Below are positions 13,122-27,775 of a stretch of 64,000 nt of DNA, piece by piece; position 1 is the stretch's first letter, and each line of letters begins with the position of its first letter. The notes beneath the pieces are model-generated. The model searched no databases. It saw nothing but the letters and a program-made list of their open reading frames with translations, and was not told the origin of the DNA. The position numbers were made by a program, and so were the translations under genes. The stretch comes from Eledone cirrhosa (lineage: Eukaryota), in assembly GCA_964016885.1 (NCBI GenBank), contig OZ024746.1, positions 91,326,001-91,390,000 on the forward strand, in the 5' to 3' direction.

Positions 13122-13557
13122 AATAAATACAACCAACTATTGCTAGGAACCTCACAACTATAATATATATAATAAATACAACTAACTATTGCTAGGAACC
13201 TCACAACTATAACATATATAATAAATACAACTAACTATTGCTAGGAGCCTCACAACTATAACATATATAATAAATACAACTAACTATTGCTAGGAACCTC
13301 ACAACTATAACATATATAATAAATACAACTAACTATTGCTAGGAACCTCACAACTATAACATATATAATAAATACAACTAACTATTGCTAGGAGCCTCAC
13401 AACTATAACATATATAATAAATACAACTAACTATTGCTAGGAACCTCACAACTATAACATATATAATAAATACAACTAACTATTGCTAGGAACCTCACAA
13501 CTATAACACATATAATAAATACAACTAACTATTGCTAGGAACCTCACAACTATAACA
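13122..13557. repeat. 49-bp minisatellite, ~9 copies
   Basis: Unit AATAAATACAACTAACTATTGCTAGGAACCTCACAACTATAACATATAT. Confidence 0.95.
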
Positions 13558-14236
13558 CCAAAATATACGACCAGGAAGAAAAATGGGAACAAAAACGACC
13601 ATTTCCCCAGTATTAGGGGTTCCTTAGTGTTAGAAACCCACTATTTATTCACTGGTTAATCGACGTGTCTCATATCAATATCAAATATTGATTTAAAATT
13701 TAGTCACAAATTTGTTGTATTGTAGATTAGCATTATAAATATTGTATACCCCCCCCCCCCCTATGACGTAATGGCCCTTTTCAGGCCTTGAGTTTGAAAT
13801 TCCTGATTTAAAGGAAGCACAAAAAGTAAGAAGGGAACTTCTAAGTTGTTTCAGGAAAAGGACACTGGATAATGAAGTTTGGGATACACCATACTTGAAA
13901 AACAACCACATAAACAAAAAAGACATGTTACATAATATAGTTCCAGATACCTCTAAAATGACGGGATCGTCATGGCCGGAATACCTTTTATTATAGCACA
14001 GCTATAATAAAAGGGCGATGGATTGGCAGTATTGGTAGGGCGTCGGACAACTTGTTTTGCAGCACAGAGTTACGACCTTTTACGTTCTGAGTTCTAATCC
14101 CGTTGTGGCTAGCTTTGCCCAGAGGTGGGGGACCTTTTCATGTTGAAAGGCCACATTAAATTACTTGTGATATAATAAGGCCACATACAAGAAACGATAA
14201 TTATATATTCTTAAAATCTACATTTTTTGTAAAAAT

Positions 14237-14680
14237 CTAATTACTATTATCTAAAAAACATAAAAAAAGTTTAATTTTAAAGCTAACATCCTTTGTTGTG
14301 ACTACCTGTTGTAGGAATTTATTTTGATATTTAGTGGCAACATGGAGGTCTGAACCTCTATATGGGCATTCACCATTTATAATATAAAAGGTGTCTTGGT
14401 TGTGGTTAGGTAGAGGTAGAAGCAATAAGTGGTTGAAAATCAAGAGAGTATTTTTTGTGCATGTTGTCAAAGGTATGGGGATTCTTTTGTATTCCATATC
14501 TTTCTTAGTGTCAAATAAGGATTTTATATCATCTTCTGAGAGTTCAAACAATTCCATCTGTAATTTTGGGGATTCTTGGAGATATCAACTAGGTGAAGTT
14601 GAAATGTTAACAAATACCAATATACGGTCAAATTGTGTAACTTTTTAAAATTCTACTTCAAAAAGAGTTCCACATACTTA
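14237..14680 (-). pseudogene. Orphan protein-like reading frame with two upstream stops (unidentified TE/viral/gene relic)
   Basis: 106-aa complex-composition ORF 14557-14237; the same frame continues upstream as VCGTLFEVEF*KVTQFDRILVFVNISTSPS*YLQESPKLQ. No family recognised. Confidence 0.3.
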
Positions 14681-14700
14681 ATTGTTAAATTTTGATAATC

Positions 14701-14973
14701 ACTGGCATACTAAATCCCTGCTGGTTCTCACCAACCAGGCTTGGATGATAGTGGCCCTAGTGAAGTAAGAAACTGGCATAGTAAATCCCTACCGGTTCTC
14801 ACCAACCAGGCTTGAGTGATAGTGGCTCCAGTCAAGTGGGAAACTGGCATACTAAATCCCTACCGGTTCTCACCAACCAGGCTTGAGTGATAGTGGCTCT
14901 AGTCAAGTGGGAAACTGGCATACTAAATCCCTGTTGGTTCTCACCAACCAGGCTTGAGTGATAGTGGCTCTAG
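14701..14973. repeat. 71-bp minisatellite, ~3.8 copies
   Basis: ACTGGCATA(C/G)TAAATCCCT...GGTTCTCACCAACCAGGCTTG starts at 14701, 14772, 14843, 14914. Confidence 0.92.
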
Positions 14974-15829
14974 AATCACATTAGAACTAAAATATGATCC
15001 TAGAAATTGCTGAAATGGTCGTTATAATCAACTATATTTTAAATTCTGTCTGTGTGGATTATTTCGTTGAATGTTTTTTTTACTGTTTACTGTATCAAAT
15101 ATGTTCATCTTATGGTTTAAATTATAAGAGGGGCAAAAACATAAATAAAAATCATAAATTTGTGGAAATTTTTGATTCTTTCAAAAAGCTGCAGGTTCCC
15201 ATCTCTGACTTTGCCTTTCATCTTTATGGTGAGGATAAAATAAAGTACCGGTAATGCACTGGGGGTCGATTTAATCGAATTTTCCCCCTCACCCCATATT
15301 GTTAGCCTTGTGCCTAAATCAGAAACCATTATAGCTGCGCTAGATCAGAGTCACTTTAATTTACGACCCATTACGCTCTGAATTTTAATCTCAGAGGTCA
15401 CCTTTCTCCTTCTTTACTGGGGTCGCTAAAATAATGGACGTCAATTTATATTTCAATAATGCATCCATAGAAGACTTGTTATTAAACAAGTGATCGTAAT
15501 TGCGACTTCTAACTCATTACCACTCTCCAGCTTTGTAATCAGTTCGGCCCAGTTTATGTTATATTGTACTTGTCAAATTGAGAAATAATTGGAAACTTAC
15601 TAAATCTTGTTATAAGAGTTGCTAATGACTGGTATCGATTGAGTTAAACAACTTTAAATGTCCCGAAACACAATTTTATAAACCATTATTACAAGTATTA
15701 TAAATCAACAGGATGTTGAAGAATTGAGAGATCAAAGTTGTCAATAAGTTATTTTGGTGGTCAATAAGAGAGTGAAATGGATATGAAACGGTGAAGCAAT
15801 TAAGTGGAAAATGTTGTTACTGTTACACA

Positions 15830-15886
<57 letters not shown>

Positions 15887-16174
15887 CATTATTAACCCTT
15901 TCATGTGAAGATTGTCACTCGACTCCTACCATAAATTATCGTCTGTCTCCTGGCTGACAGAAGGGAGTCGCACTGGAACAGCCACTCCACCTCGTGGGGC
16001 TTGCCCCTGCAGGCAACGCCACTCAGATAGCAGTGAACAGGGATGTGGTCCGAGGCCCAAGATTTCCAGCAGCTTCAACCACAAACCTATAAGAGAACGA
16101 CTGATACTTTGACAGTTTCCTCTCCTAGTCTGGTGAACAGCAAAGCCTGGTCTGGTAATCGAACGACTTATAGT

Positions 16175-16342
16175 CAGGGCCTCCAAGAGAAATTTTGCAA
16201 GGTTTACAAGACCCCTTTGGGGCCCGAAGCAGGCAAAGATTTTTCTCAAAATGGATGCTGCATGGTTGATGTGGGGCCTTCTTAGCTCTTGGGCACTGGA
16301 ACAAAGTATCGGTTGGACCCCCCCTCCCTCCCATAGGCCCTG
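16175..16342. mobile_element. hAT-type MITE (168 bp)
   Basis: TIR CAGGGCCT...AGGCCCTG; perfect 8-bp TSD CTTATAGT (16167-16174 / 16343-16350); second copy at 29790-29950. Confidence 0.88.
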
Positions 16343-17337
16343 CTTATAGTTCATTGTTCACATTTAAGTGAAAAATTTCAATTTTCTTTAAAAGCCCCCT
16401 TTAAATTATTTTTTAGACACTGGTTAAATATAGAAATTAATGAAAAACTTTTCTAAACCCTTCTGTTTCTTGTGAGGAAAGAAAGTTGAGATGTGGGGGG
16501 CAAAACTAATTATGTCAACATTTCTAGGACGATGTCATTTATATCATGTCATGCGACACAATTTATACATTGGTATATACAGGCAATTTATGTTTTTAAA
16601 AATCTTCAAAATTAATTGAAACACAATAAGGTTAACAGTAAATCTCACTCTTTTTTTATTAATCTTTTACTCAACTTCATCGTTAGCGGTCATTCGTTCA
16701 CTTTTTTGTCATCCATCACTTTTTTATTCATAATTTCGTCAACTGAAGTTCGTCTATTTACCTCTACTTATGAAAGAGACGTATTGCACTTGCTTGACTT
16801 GATAGAAATCATAGCGAAAATAGCCTTAAATCTTAAACCATATCCTGCCTTTTAAAAGAAGTACATGTTAGATAATATAAACGTAGAGATATTATCTGAG
16901 GTGGGGAGACGATGTCAGAACTGGAATGGTCTGCTCGGTCACGGGTGATTTGGGCCTAAACAACAACCATCAGCATTTTAGTTCATTCACAAACGACCAC
17001 CATGCACTCAAGTGCTTATTCACCTATTAAAGAAGCATTTTTATGTTGCTCTCTCTCCCCAAACTTCTTTGTTTACTCCACTGCACTGACTGTCTTCTAC
17101 CACTACAGTCACTGACTGTCTTCTACCACTACAGTCACTGACTGTCTTCTACCACTACAGTCACTGGCTGTCTTGTACAACTGATCAAGTCATACTTCCA
17201 ACACATCCTATTTTTCTTACTTAATCCTTTTCTTATCTTGATGACTATTGTATTCTCATTGCAATTGTGCGCATCTAATAAAAAATATCCGCTTTTTATT
17301 TATAAACCACACACAGACACACGCAGGCACAAATGCA

Positions 17338-17547
17338 TCCACTTTACAGTGTGGGCTGGGTGCTTTTTTGCTGTGGCACCTCCACGACCACTTTACAGTG
17401 GAATGATAGGCATCTCATTTCTACAGTTGAGTAAACTGGAGCAATGTGAAATAAAGTGTCTTGCTCAAGGAAACAACACATCACCCGGTCTGAGAATTGA
17501 AATCACAATTTTTTGATTGCAAGCCCAATGCTCTAACCACTAAGCCA
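17338..17547 (-). mobile_element. SINE family B (partial)
   Basis: GAGCAATGTGAAATAAAGTGTCTTGCTCAAGG...GCTCTAACCACTAAGCCATG. Confidence 0.8.
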
Positions 17548-17873
17548 TGTAGATATAGCTTGCTTTTGTTTTGGACTGAAACTTTTTTGTATTTAATTCA
17601 TACAAGTATTTTTTAAAGATTCTAACATAACTTGATTTGGCCCAGTAATCTACTGATATTAAAATCAGTAGTATATTGAAAAATGGAAAAATAGGGTTGG
17701 GGGACGTTTCGTGATTTTGAGGTGCAAAAAGGGGCGTTTGGTCGAAATGGGTTGAGAACCTTTGTTTTAGTCCATTGAGTGCTTGCCGCATATCTCGAAA
17801 ATTGCGTTTCTTTTTTTTTTTTTACCACAGCCGAAATATGATCTCGCTGAAATTATATTTATATATATACGTG

Positions 17874-17908
<35 letters not shown>

Positions 17909-17990
17909 GTGTGTCTCTCTCTCTCTCTCTCTCTGTATATATATACATTCAAAATATTAACAAAAATAGAACTTTATTGTGATCAAGTAT

Positions 17991-18055
17991 ATTTTATTAT
18001 ACATATTTCAGAGGTACTGAGCTAACTTCAACAGTACGTCCTCATCAGATAAAAT
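17991..18055 (-). ncRNA. Type I hammerhead ribozyme motif (HHR-A2)
   Basis: auuuuau CUGAUGA gga-c-guacug(uugaaguuagcu)caguac-c-ucu GAAA u-augu-a UA auaaaau; perfect 7-bp stem I; AUA triplet. Confidence 0.85.
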
Positions 18056-18599
18056 AAGATGATGCATAACATACCCTGACATAATAGATGGTTAAGATCC
18101 AGTCATGGTAGTGAGTAAGATGTAAAACTAATTCTTTGATTTATTCATCGAACCTTGTTTAACCTTTATATATATATATACACGCACGCACACACACACA
18201 CAACATATATGTATAGTATTTACAGCAAGGACCAATGTTGTTATTCATCAATTTAATTCTCATATTTACTGGAATTAGTCAAAACTTTATCAGAAGATTT
18301 ATTGATTTACAATTGACTGTCTTGCTCTATATATCTCTTTCTCTATCTTTTTTATCTCTCCCCACCATATCCCAGCCCCCTTCTACCCCCCTCTCGCCCC
18401 TCCTCCCATTCCACCCCTACCATGCCCCACCTCTCACCACACATAATCACCTCCCCTACCACCACACCCTCCCCTCCACCTCCCACCACAACAGTAACTA
18501 TAAACTAGTATCTATAATGACTAATATCTAGTTATCAATGTTTATCTTAGTTTATTACAGGATATCTTAGATAACATTTACTGCCTTCCTAACATTGCA

Positions 18600-20385
18600 C
18601 TTATTACTATCATCATATCATCTCATACTATTATCATATCATACCATACTATTATCATCTCATACCTATACTATTATCATATCACACCTATACTATTATA
18701 ATCTCATACCATACTATTATCATATCATACCATACTATTATCATATCATACCATAGTATTATCATATCATACCATACTATTATCATCTCATACCATACTA
18801 TTATCATCTCATACCATACTATTATCATCTCATACCATACTATTATCATCTCATACCATACTATTATCATCTCATACCATACTATTATCATATCATACCA
18901 TACTATTATCATATCATACCATACTATTATCATATCATACCATACTATTATCATATCATACCATACTATTATCATCTCATACCATACTATTATCATCTCA
19001 TACCATACTATTATCATATCATACCATACTATCATCATATCATACCATACTATTATCATATCATACCATACTATTATCATATCATACCATACTATTATCA
19101 TATCATACCTATACTATTATCATCTCATACCTATACTATTATCATATCATACCATACTATTATCATATCATACCATACTATTATCATATCATACCATACT
19201 ATCATCATCTCATACCTATACTATTATATTATCATATCATACCATACTATTATCATCTCATACCATACTATTATCTCATACCTATACTATTATCATATCA
19301 TACCTATACTATTATAATCTCATACCATACTATTATCATATCATACCATAGTATTATCATATCATACCATACTATTATCATATCATACCATACTATTATC
19401 ATCTCATACCATACTATTATCATCTCATACCATACTATTATCATATCATACCATACTATTATCATATCATACCATACTATTATCATATCATACCATATTA
19501 TTATCATATCATACCTATACTATTATCATATCGTACCATACTATTATCATATCATACCATACTATTATCATCTCATACCATACTATTATCATATTATACC
19601 ATACTATTATCATCTCATACCATACTATTATCATCTCATACCATACTATTATCATATCATACCATACTATTATCATATCATACCATACTATTATCATATC
19701 ATACCATACTATTATCATATCATACCATACTATTATCATCTCATACCATACTATTATCATATCATACCATACTATTATATCATACCATACTATTATCATC
19801 TCATACCATACTATTATCCTATCATACCATACTATTATCATCTCACACCATACTATTATCATCTCATACCTATACTATTATCATATCATACCATATTATT
19901 ATCATATCATACGTATACTATAATCATATCGTACCATACTATTATCATATCATACCATACTATTATCATCTCATACCATACTATTATCATATTATACCAT
20001 ACTATTATCATCTCATACCATACTATTATCATATTATACCATACTATTATCATCTCATACCTATACTATTATCATATCATACCATACTATTATCTTATCA
20101 TACCATACTATTATCATATCATACCATACTATTATCATCTCATACCATACTATTATCATATCATACCATACTATTATCATCTCATACCTATACTATTATC
20201 ATATCATACCATACTATTATCATATCATACCATACTATTATCATATCATACCTATCCTATTATAATATCATACCATACTATTATCATCTCATACCATACT
20301 ATTATCATCTCATACCATACTATTATCATATCATACCATATTATTATCATATCATACCTATACTATTATCATATCATCTCATACC
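18600..20385. repeat. 21-bp minisatellite (CATACTATTATCAT(A/C)TCATAC)n, ~1.8 kb
   Basis: Explains the MIIVWYD/E repeat ORFs. Confidence 0.97.
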
Positions 20386-20504
20386 AATGCACATGACTAC
20401 ATAAGCCTCTTTTATTTTCTCTTTTCCTCACCTCCTTTCCTTCTCTTTTTCATTATTTCTCTCTTTCTCTCTTCTTCAGCTCATTTTTTAATTTCATTCT
20501 TTCT

Positions 20505-21390
20505 CTTCCATAACTCCACATACATATACATAACTCCACACACATATACATAACTCCACACACTCACACACACTCACACACACTCACACACTCACACACA
20601 CACACATAACTCCACACACTCAACCACACGTACATAACTCCACACACTCAACCACACACACATAACTCCACACACTCAACCACACACACATAACTCCACA
20701 CACTCAACCACACATACATAACTCCACACACTCAACCACACATACATAACTCCACACACACTCAACCACACATACATAACTCCACACACACTCAACCACA
20801 CATACATAACTCCACACACACATAACTCCACACACACTCAATCACACACACATAACTCCACACACACTCACACATAACTCCACACACACACACACACACA
20901 CACACAACTTCACATATATATACACACACACACACACAACTTCACATATATATATATATACACACACACACACATATATACACAGACATAACTTCACACA
21001 CACACACAACTTCACATATATATATATACACACACACACACACATATATACACAGACATAACTTCACACACATTCTTACACACTCGTACACACTGTCTCA
21101 ATTTCTACTCACATACACGCACACCCATACACAAATACTCTCACACTCTCTCACAAACACACACACTCTCTCACGCATACACACACACACACACTCTCTC
21201 ATGCATATACACACTCACATACAAACACTCTCACGTATATATACACACATATACATGCACTCTCTCACACATATACACACACACACTCACACACACACAC
21301 TCTCCCATACTCTCCCACAGTCACTCTCCCCACATACACTCTCCCCCACACACTACCCCCACACACATTACCCCCCCCCCCCCCCCCATC
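20505..21390. repeat. CA-rich compound micro/minisatellite
   Basis: (CATAACTCCACACACTCAACCACA)n and CA/CT runs. Confidence 0.85.
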
Positions 21391-22469
21391 CCACCTTCCT
21401 TATTGCTATTTCTGTCACCCTTGATAATAGTATTTGAAACAGTTGATATTTAGAAATAATATTTGTGTCAATTTTATAGTCATTCCAGAGACATTCCAAA
21501 TTTCTATTTAATGGATGAAATTAGAAAAGAATATTCTTGCTATCTTGTAGTTAATGTTTCGCTTTAAAATAGATTTTGATGAATCCATTTAAAATGTTAT
21601 TTTTATATTTTTATTTTGTTTATTAAAAAAAAAAAAATCTTTAATGGAAATTGAAAAAGAAAACTAAGGAATATTTGTGCTGAGCTCGTTGAACACAATT
21701 TTCAAAGTTGACACATTAAAAAAATGTATAAACATACTCCAAAATATCTTACACTCTCAATATTCAGTTTTAATGGACATTTTTACATTTTTCTTGGAAC
21801 ATAATGAAAACAATAAACTGTTATTTCGATCAATTTGTTTATTAAAGTGAATCCTGTAAATTATGACCATAAATAATTCTCGATATGTTATCCTTGTTTT
21901 CAAATAAAGATAAGACTTTCTCCCACGCATGTAAATTAATTTTGTGAAATTAATTCTTAATTCCTTTGAATTACTTGCACGTTTTCTGTGAGGTCGCTAA
22001 CAATTATCATGGTTTTTCTTTTCTTTCTCCAACTAAGGAGAAAATTCTAATTAATCCGTTGGTGTGCAGAGTTTAATTTAGATTATAACAACCTATAAAT
22101 ACGAAGTGTTATCTAATTTTATGTCTGTCCTGTTTTTTGGAGACACTATACATTAATGTATTATTTAAGATGTTTGACGTACACCACCCCTAAATTGACC
22201 TACTTCTCTTAACTCCTTTTATTTATAAAATATATATGTGAGTGTTTAGGGACAACCCATCTACTTTATCTAACCAGATGCTGTGAACATCTCTCTAATC
22301 TCTGTTTTATCAGTTGGAAATAGTAAAATGTTTTTCTCTCCTGTCTGTGTTGTAATGGAAGTGAGGGGAACACTCTCTTCGTTACAACCTTTGGCGTCAT
22401 AAACATTATCCATCTGTTAAACTTTGCAATAGAAAAGAAGAAATTAGTTAATACAAGGCCAAACATATA

Positions 22470-22860
22470 TATAACATAGATACGTTTGCCCTCCCAAATA
22501 TGGCCGTCACAACATACATCGATTAGCATTGGGGCCCCTCTGCGAAATATTGCACTGGGGTCCCTACATATACAGTCACAACAAACATAGATTAGTATTG
22601 GACTAGGGGACCCCATATAAGGCAATGAATCGGAACGACATAGATTAGCTATGGACTCCCACAGAAAGTAATGAATTGAAGCCCAGCATACACAGCCACA
22701 ACATAGTATTGGGGTCCTACAACACAAGATAGATAAGTATTGGATTGCTTGACATTGTGGGCCCCTATAAAAAGGTAGTGAAGTCAAGACATTGTACACC
22801 GAACCACAACATACATAGATAAGCATGGGCTCTCTAGATTTGGTGGGCCCCTCGAGTGCC
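22470..22860. repeat. Degenerate internal repeat array (CACAACATACATAGATTAGCATTGGGGCCCC-like), probably an old DNA-transposon relic
   Basis: About 6 diverged units with recurring GGGCCCC/GGGGTCCC. Confidence 0.5.
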
Positions 22861-23033
22861 TCAAGAAAGTCATATCATCATACAAAAGACACTATATAAT
22901 CTCCCTACATTGGAGCTGACCTGTTAGCAACATTTAGTGAACTAAGACTTCCCCCTGTTTTAAAATTATACTTTGTTTATTTTATTTTATTTTATTTCTT
23001 TGTTGTATTCGAAGACATTCATTCTTAGGAAAA

Positions 23034-23470
23034 TAATTGTTTCTACTTTTGGCACAAGGCCAGCAATTATCCCAGTGTATTACTGGTGCTTTATTTTATC
23101 GATCCCGTAAGGATAAAAGGTAAAGTTAACCTCAGCGGGATTTGAACTCAGCCCATAAAGGGCCGTAACTCTATGCGTCCGACCCTCTACCGATACTGCC
23201 AATTCACAGCCCTTGGGAAAATAATGAAGTGTAAGGTGGTGAGAGATCTGGCTTTAATCCTATTATATATATATTGACCACCCTTGTAAGCAGGGAAAAG
23301 TGGACATAAAATGATGATGATGATGATGATCCTCTCCAGTATGTTACTGGTACTTTATTTTATTGATCCCGAGGAAAGGCAAAGCTAACCTCAGCTGGAT
23401 TTGAACTCAGAATTTAAAGGGCCATAACTCTGTGCTGCAACGCATGTTGTCCAATGCTCAACTGTATCAA
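23034..23470 (-). mobile_element. Two SINE family A copies (23034-23212; ~23335-23470) separated by a short + strand RTE tail
   Basis: Reverse-complement family A motifs; CCCTTGTAAGCAGGGAAAAGTGGAC..(GAT)n at ~23280-23330. Confidence 0.75.
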
Positions 23471-23927
23471 GTGAGTTACGTTAATGTCTGGGATTTTCTT
23501 CAACAGTTCGATATGTATAGACCTACTGAAGTAGATCTCTCCCTCTCTCTCTCCTCCCCCCTTCTCTCTCTCTCCCTTCCCCTCTCCTCCCCCCTTCTCT
23601 CTCTCTCCCTTCCCCTCTCTCTCTTCCCCTCTCTCTCCCTTCCCCTCTCTCTTTTCCCCTCTCTCTCTTCCCCTCTCCCTCTCTCTCTTCCACTCTCTAC
23701 CACTTCTCCCCCTCCCCTTCTCCCCCTCTCTATCTACCTATCTATCTATCTATCAATGATTGTTTGGTCAAGCATGTAGCCAGCCTGCTACTAGCAATTC
23801 TGTCACCATATCATTCATAGCAGCCGTCACAAAAGCAACAAAAGATATCCCACCAGTTCCCCCCCCCAATCCCCCCTCCCCATGTCTCTCTCCCTCACTC
23901 TCTGTTCTCTCCCTCCATACCTCATAG

Positions 23928-24040
23928 ACTGTTGAAGACAGGTGCAGCAGTGTTGCAAGTTACAATTGCACTTGTCTTCTGCATCTGTAGAAACCTAGGT
24001 CCACGCTAATTAGGTAACACATGCCGCTAACATACCTTTG
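23928..24040 (+). other. Candidate exon (5' UTR, possibly with start codon at 24021)
   Basis: Polypyrimidine tract + CATAG acceptor; TTG|GTAAGC donor; stops in all three through-frames; ATG CCG CTA ACA TAC CTT TG| ends in phase 2. Confidence 0.4.
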
Positions 24041-24132
24041 GTAAGCATTCTCGGGTTTTGTTCCTTACAAGTCCATTTCATAATTTATTGAGTGGGTAAC
24101 GTGTGCAAGATTATAGTTGATATTTTAACCCC

Positions 24133-24263
<131 letters not shown>

Positions 24264-24332
24264 ATATATATATAAAATAATTAAGTCAAATATGTGTAAA
24301 ATTTGGCTTTGTTTATTATAAATTATAGATAT

Positions 24333-24387
24333 ACTGCTATATATATTTCGGTGATAGCCATCATTGACTGTGACCTCTTCAGGCAGT
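24333..24387 (-). ncRNA. Type I hammerhead ribozyme motif (HHR-A3)
   Basis: acugc CUGAAGA ggu-c-acaguca(auga)uggcuau-c-acc GAAA u-auau-a UA gcagu. Confidence 0.85.
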
Positions 24388-24986
24388 CTGAATTGGTGTG
24401 GGAAAGACAGGTACACATGTTGTTGAAGTGTGTTTTACTCCGTCAATACATCGATATGTCCAGCTCCTGGTTGTGTTGATATGCTTCTGATGAACTGGAA
24501 TCATATATATATATGTTATCAAACATGGACAAAGGCACTACTCATGGTTTCAAGACCCAAATTTGATCATCTTGCCTGATGATTCTGCTTACTAATTAGC
24601 CACATTAAATGAATATGTATGTGCGTGTGCGTGCGCACGCGCACACACACGCACATATATATTTGTTACTTCTAAATTTTTATTAATTTTTTGCTGTGAC
24701 CTGTTCTTTTTCTCCATCTCCCTTCTTATTAATTCTCCCCCGCTCTCTCTCCCACACACTCTCTCCTCCTCTCTCCCTCTCACTCTCATTCTCTTTCTCT
24801 CTGCTCCCCTACTACTTCTGTTTTCTCTCGTCTTTGCCTTTTTTTTCCCAACTCCCGCCGAGATAAGACTTCTTTTTCTTCTCTCTCCCTAATTCACCGT
24901 CAACAAAAGCCTCGGACTCATGTTCAGCCGCAGGTTTGACTTCTCTCTCTCTCTCTCCCAGTTATTTACATACATGTGCTTCTCCT

Positions 24987-25541
24987 CGTGTGTGTTTTCA
25001 TTTTGTCCTTAATTGTAAGTTGTGATGTTGCTGTTCCACTCATGTTTTCTATTTAATTTTATTTAATTTAATTTTTAATTTAATTTTAATTTTAATTTTT
25101 ATAGAAAACATGAGTGGAACAGCAACATCACAACTTACAATTAAGGACAAAATGAAAACACACACGCACATAGAACAAACAACCAACCAGTAACATGTCA
25201 ATAAATAAATAAATAAACGAATATAAACACACACAGACACCCGGATGTAACACATGCGCGAACTAAGCACACAACACACACACAAAAAAAAAGGTGGCGT
25301 AGGACAGAACAAAGGAGAGGCACAAAAAACAAAGAAAAAATCCCAGTCACTGAAGAGGTCACAGAATGTGTGACGAAAGAACTTTGACAATATATAAACA
25401 ACCATCTGGTTGTGGAACCAACCAACCAACCGGAAATTTATAAATTCCTAAATTTATAAATTTATTATAATAAATTGAAGTGAAAGCAACTGGTGCGTGT
25501 GTTTCTTATTGGCAACATGACCCTCCCAAAGTATAACAATA
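24987..25541 (+). mobile_element. Penelope-like/retrozyme-type non-autonomous element with 66-bp fold-back, inserted next to (TA)n
   Basis: Perfect inverted arms 24987-25052 / 25101-25166 around a (TTTAAT)-like spacer; body ~25230-25541 is homologous (opposite strand) to 56931-57225; carries an HHR. Confidence 0.7.
25346..25388 (+). ncRNA. Minimal hammerhead ribozyme motif (HHR-B1)
   Basis: guca CUGAAGA g gucac(agaaugu)gugac GAAA g-aa-c UU ugac; one extra G between the core and stem II; 2-nt stem III loop. Confidence 0.65.
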
Positions 25542-25544
25542 GAA

Positions 25545-25561
25545 TATAATATATATATATA

Positions 25562-25602
<41 letters not shown>

Positions 25603-25816
25603 ATATATATATTATATTATATATATATATATATTATATATAATATATATATATATTATATAATATATATATATTATATAATATATATATATATTATATA
25701 ATATATATATATATTATATAATATATATATATATATTATATAATATATATATATATATTATATTATATTATATTATATATATATATATATATTATATTAT
25801 ATATATATATTATATA

Positions 25817-25895
<79 letters not shown>

Positions 25896-26146
25896 TATAT
25901 TATATAATATATATATATTATATAATATATATATATATAATATATATATATATATATAATATATATATATATATTATATTATATAATATATATTTATATA
26001 ATATATATATATATTATATTATATAATATATATTTATATAATATATATATATATATAATATAATATATATATATTATATTATATAATATATATATATATA
26101 TATATAATATATATATATATATTATATTATCTAATATATATATGTA

Positions 26147-26195
<49 letters not shown>

Positions 26196-26392
26196 GTATA
26201 TATATGTATATATATATATATGTATATATATTTCTATATATATGTATGTATATATATATATGTATATATATGTATGTATATATGTATGTATATATATATA
26301 TGTATATATATGTATGTATATATGTATGTATATATATATGTATATATATATATGTATATGTATGTATATATGTATGTATATATATATGTATA

Positions 26393-26439
<47 letters not shown>

Positions 26440-26786
26440 GTATATATATATATGTATATATGTATATATATATGTATATATATATGTATATGTATATATG
26501 TATATGTATATATGTATATATATATATGTATATATGTATATATATATATGTATATATATATGTATATATGTATATATATATATGTATATATATATGTATA
26601 TATATATGTATATATATATATGTATATATATATATGTATATATATATGTATATATATATGTATATATATATATGTATATATATATATGTATATATATATA
26701 TGTATATATATATATATGTATATATATATATGTATATATGTATATATATATATGTATATATATATATGTATATGTATATATATATG

Positions 26787-26817
<31 letters not shown>

Positions 26818-26900
26818 GTATATGTATATATATATGTATATATATATATATATGTATATATATATGTATATATGTATATATATATATATATGTATATATG

Positions 26901-26931
<31 letters not shown>

Positions 26932-26982
26932 GTATATATATATGTATATATGTATATATATATATGTATATATATATATGTA

Positions 26983-27015
<33 letters not shown>
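25545..27015. repeat. ~1.5-kb (TA)n/(TATG)n microsatellite
   Basis: Source of the IYIY ORFs. Confidence 0.97.
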
Positions 27016-27451
27016 TGAATTATAAAACAGCTATGCCATTTTAAACTATAAGTTGACATAACTAATTGCTACTTAAATGGTTAAAACATAAACAACCAAC
27101 AAAGAATTATATATTAGACAAAATAATATGGCAGATGTGTTTTCTAAAATAAATAGAATTAAGTAAATAATTTGCTTGATATTTGCTACATTTTCTTTGT
27201 TTTCAGAGAGAGAAAATTAATCTAAAAGAATTGACATTTTTTTCAATCATGTTCTACTACCATCTCCCAACTGACAAGCTTCACCATTAACAGTTCCTAA
27301 ACTAATTTTTAGTTTTCAAAAAGTTCTTTCTGAAGAGTTTTTCAACCTGTAATTGGCTGTAAGACACCAGGTGTTCCTTTGTTGTCTTAGTAAATGCTTT
27401 TACAGTCTTTTAACATTTCTTTTTACCTTTACTTTCCATTTTCTTCAATTC

Positions 27452-27775
27452 TCCACCACCGCCACTACCACACGACCACCGCCACCACCACTACTACCAC
27501 CACCACCACTACCACTACCACACCCCCACTACCACCACCATCATCACCCCACCACCACTACCACCACCATTACCGCACCACCACTACCACCAGCACTACC
27601 ACCACTACCACCACCACCACAACCACCACCACCACAACCACCCCCACTACTACCACTACCCCCACCACCACTACTACCACTACCCCACCACTACCACCAC
27701 CACTACCACACTACCACCACTACCACTACCACCACCACTACCACACTACCACCACCACCACCACTACCACCACAA
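27452..27775. repeat. (CCA/CTA)n trinucleotide tract
   Basis: Low-complexity poly-Pro/Thr/His translations. Confidence 0.9.

Noticed and set aside
13122-14973. 49- and 71-bp arrays as possible CRISPR
   Set aside because: No variable spacers, no cas genes, eukaryotic context.
26127-27059. ~300-aa I/Y/M/C-rich ORFs (also 39114-40202, 55950-58890)
   Set aside because: Translations of microsatellites that lack stop codons.
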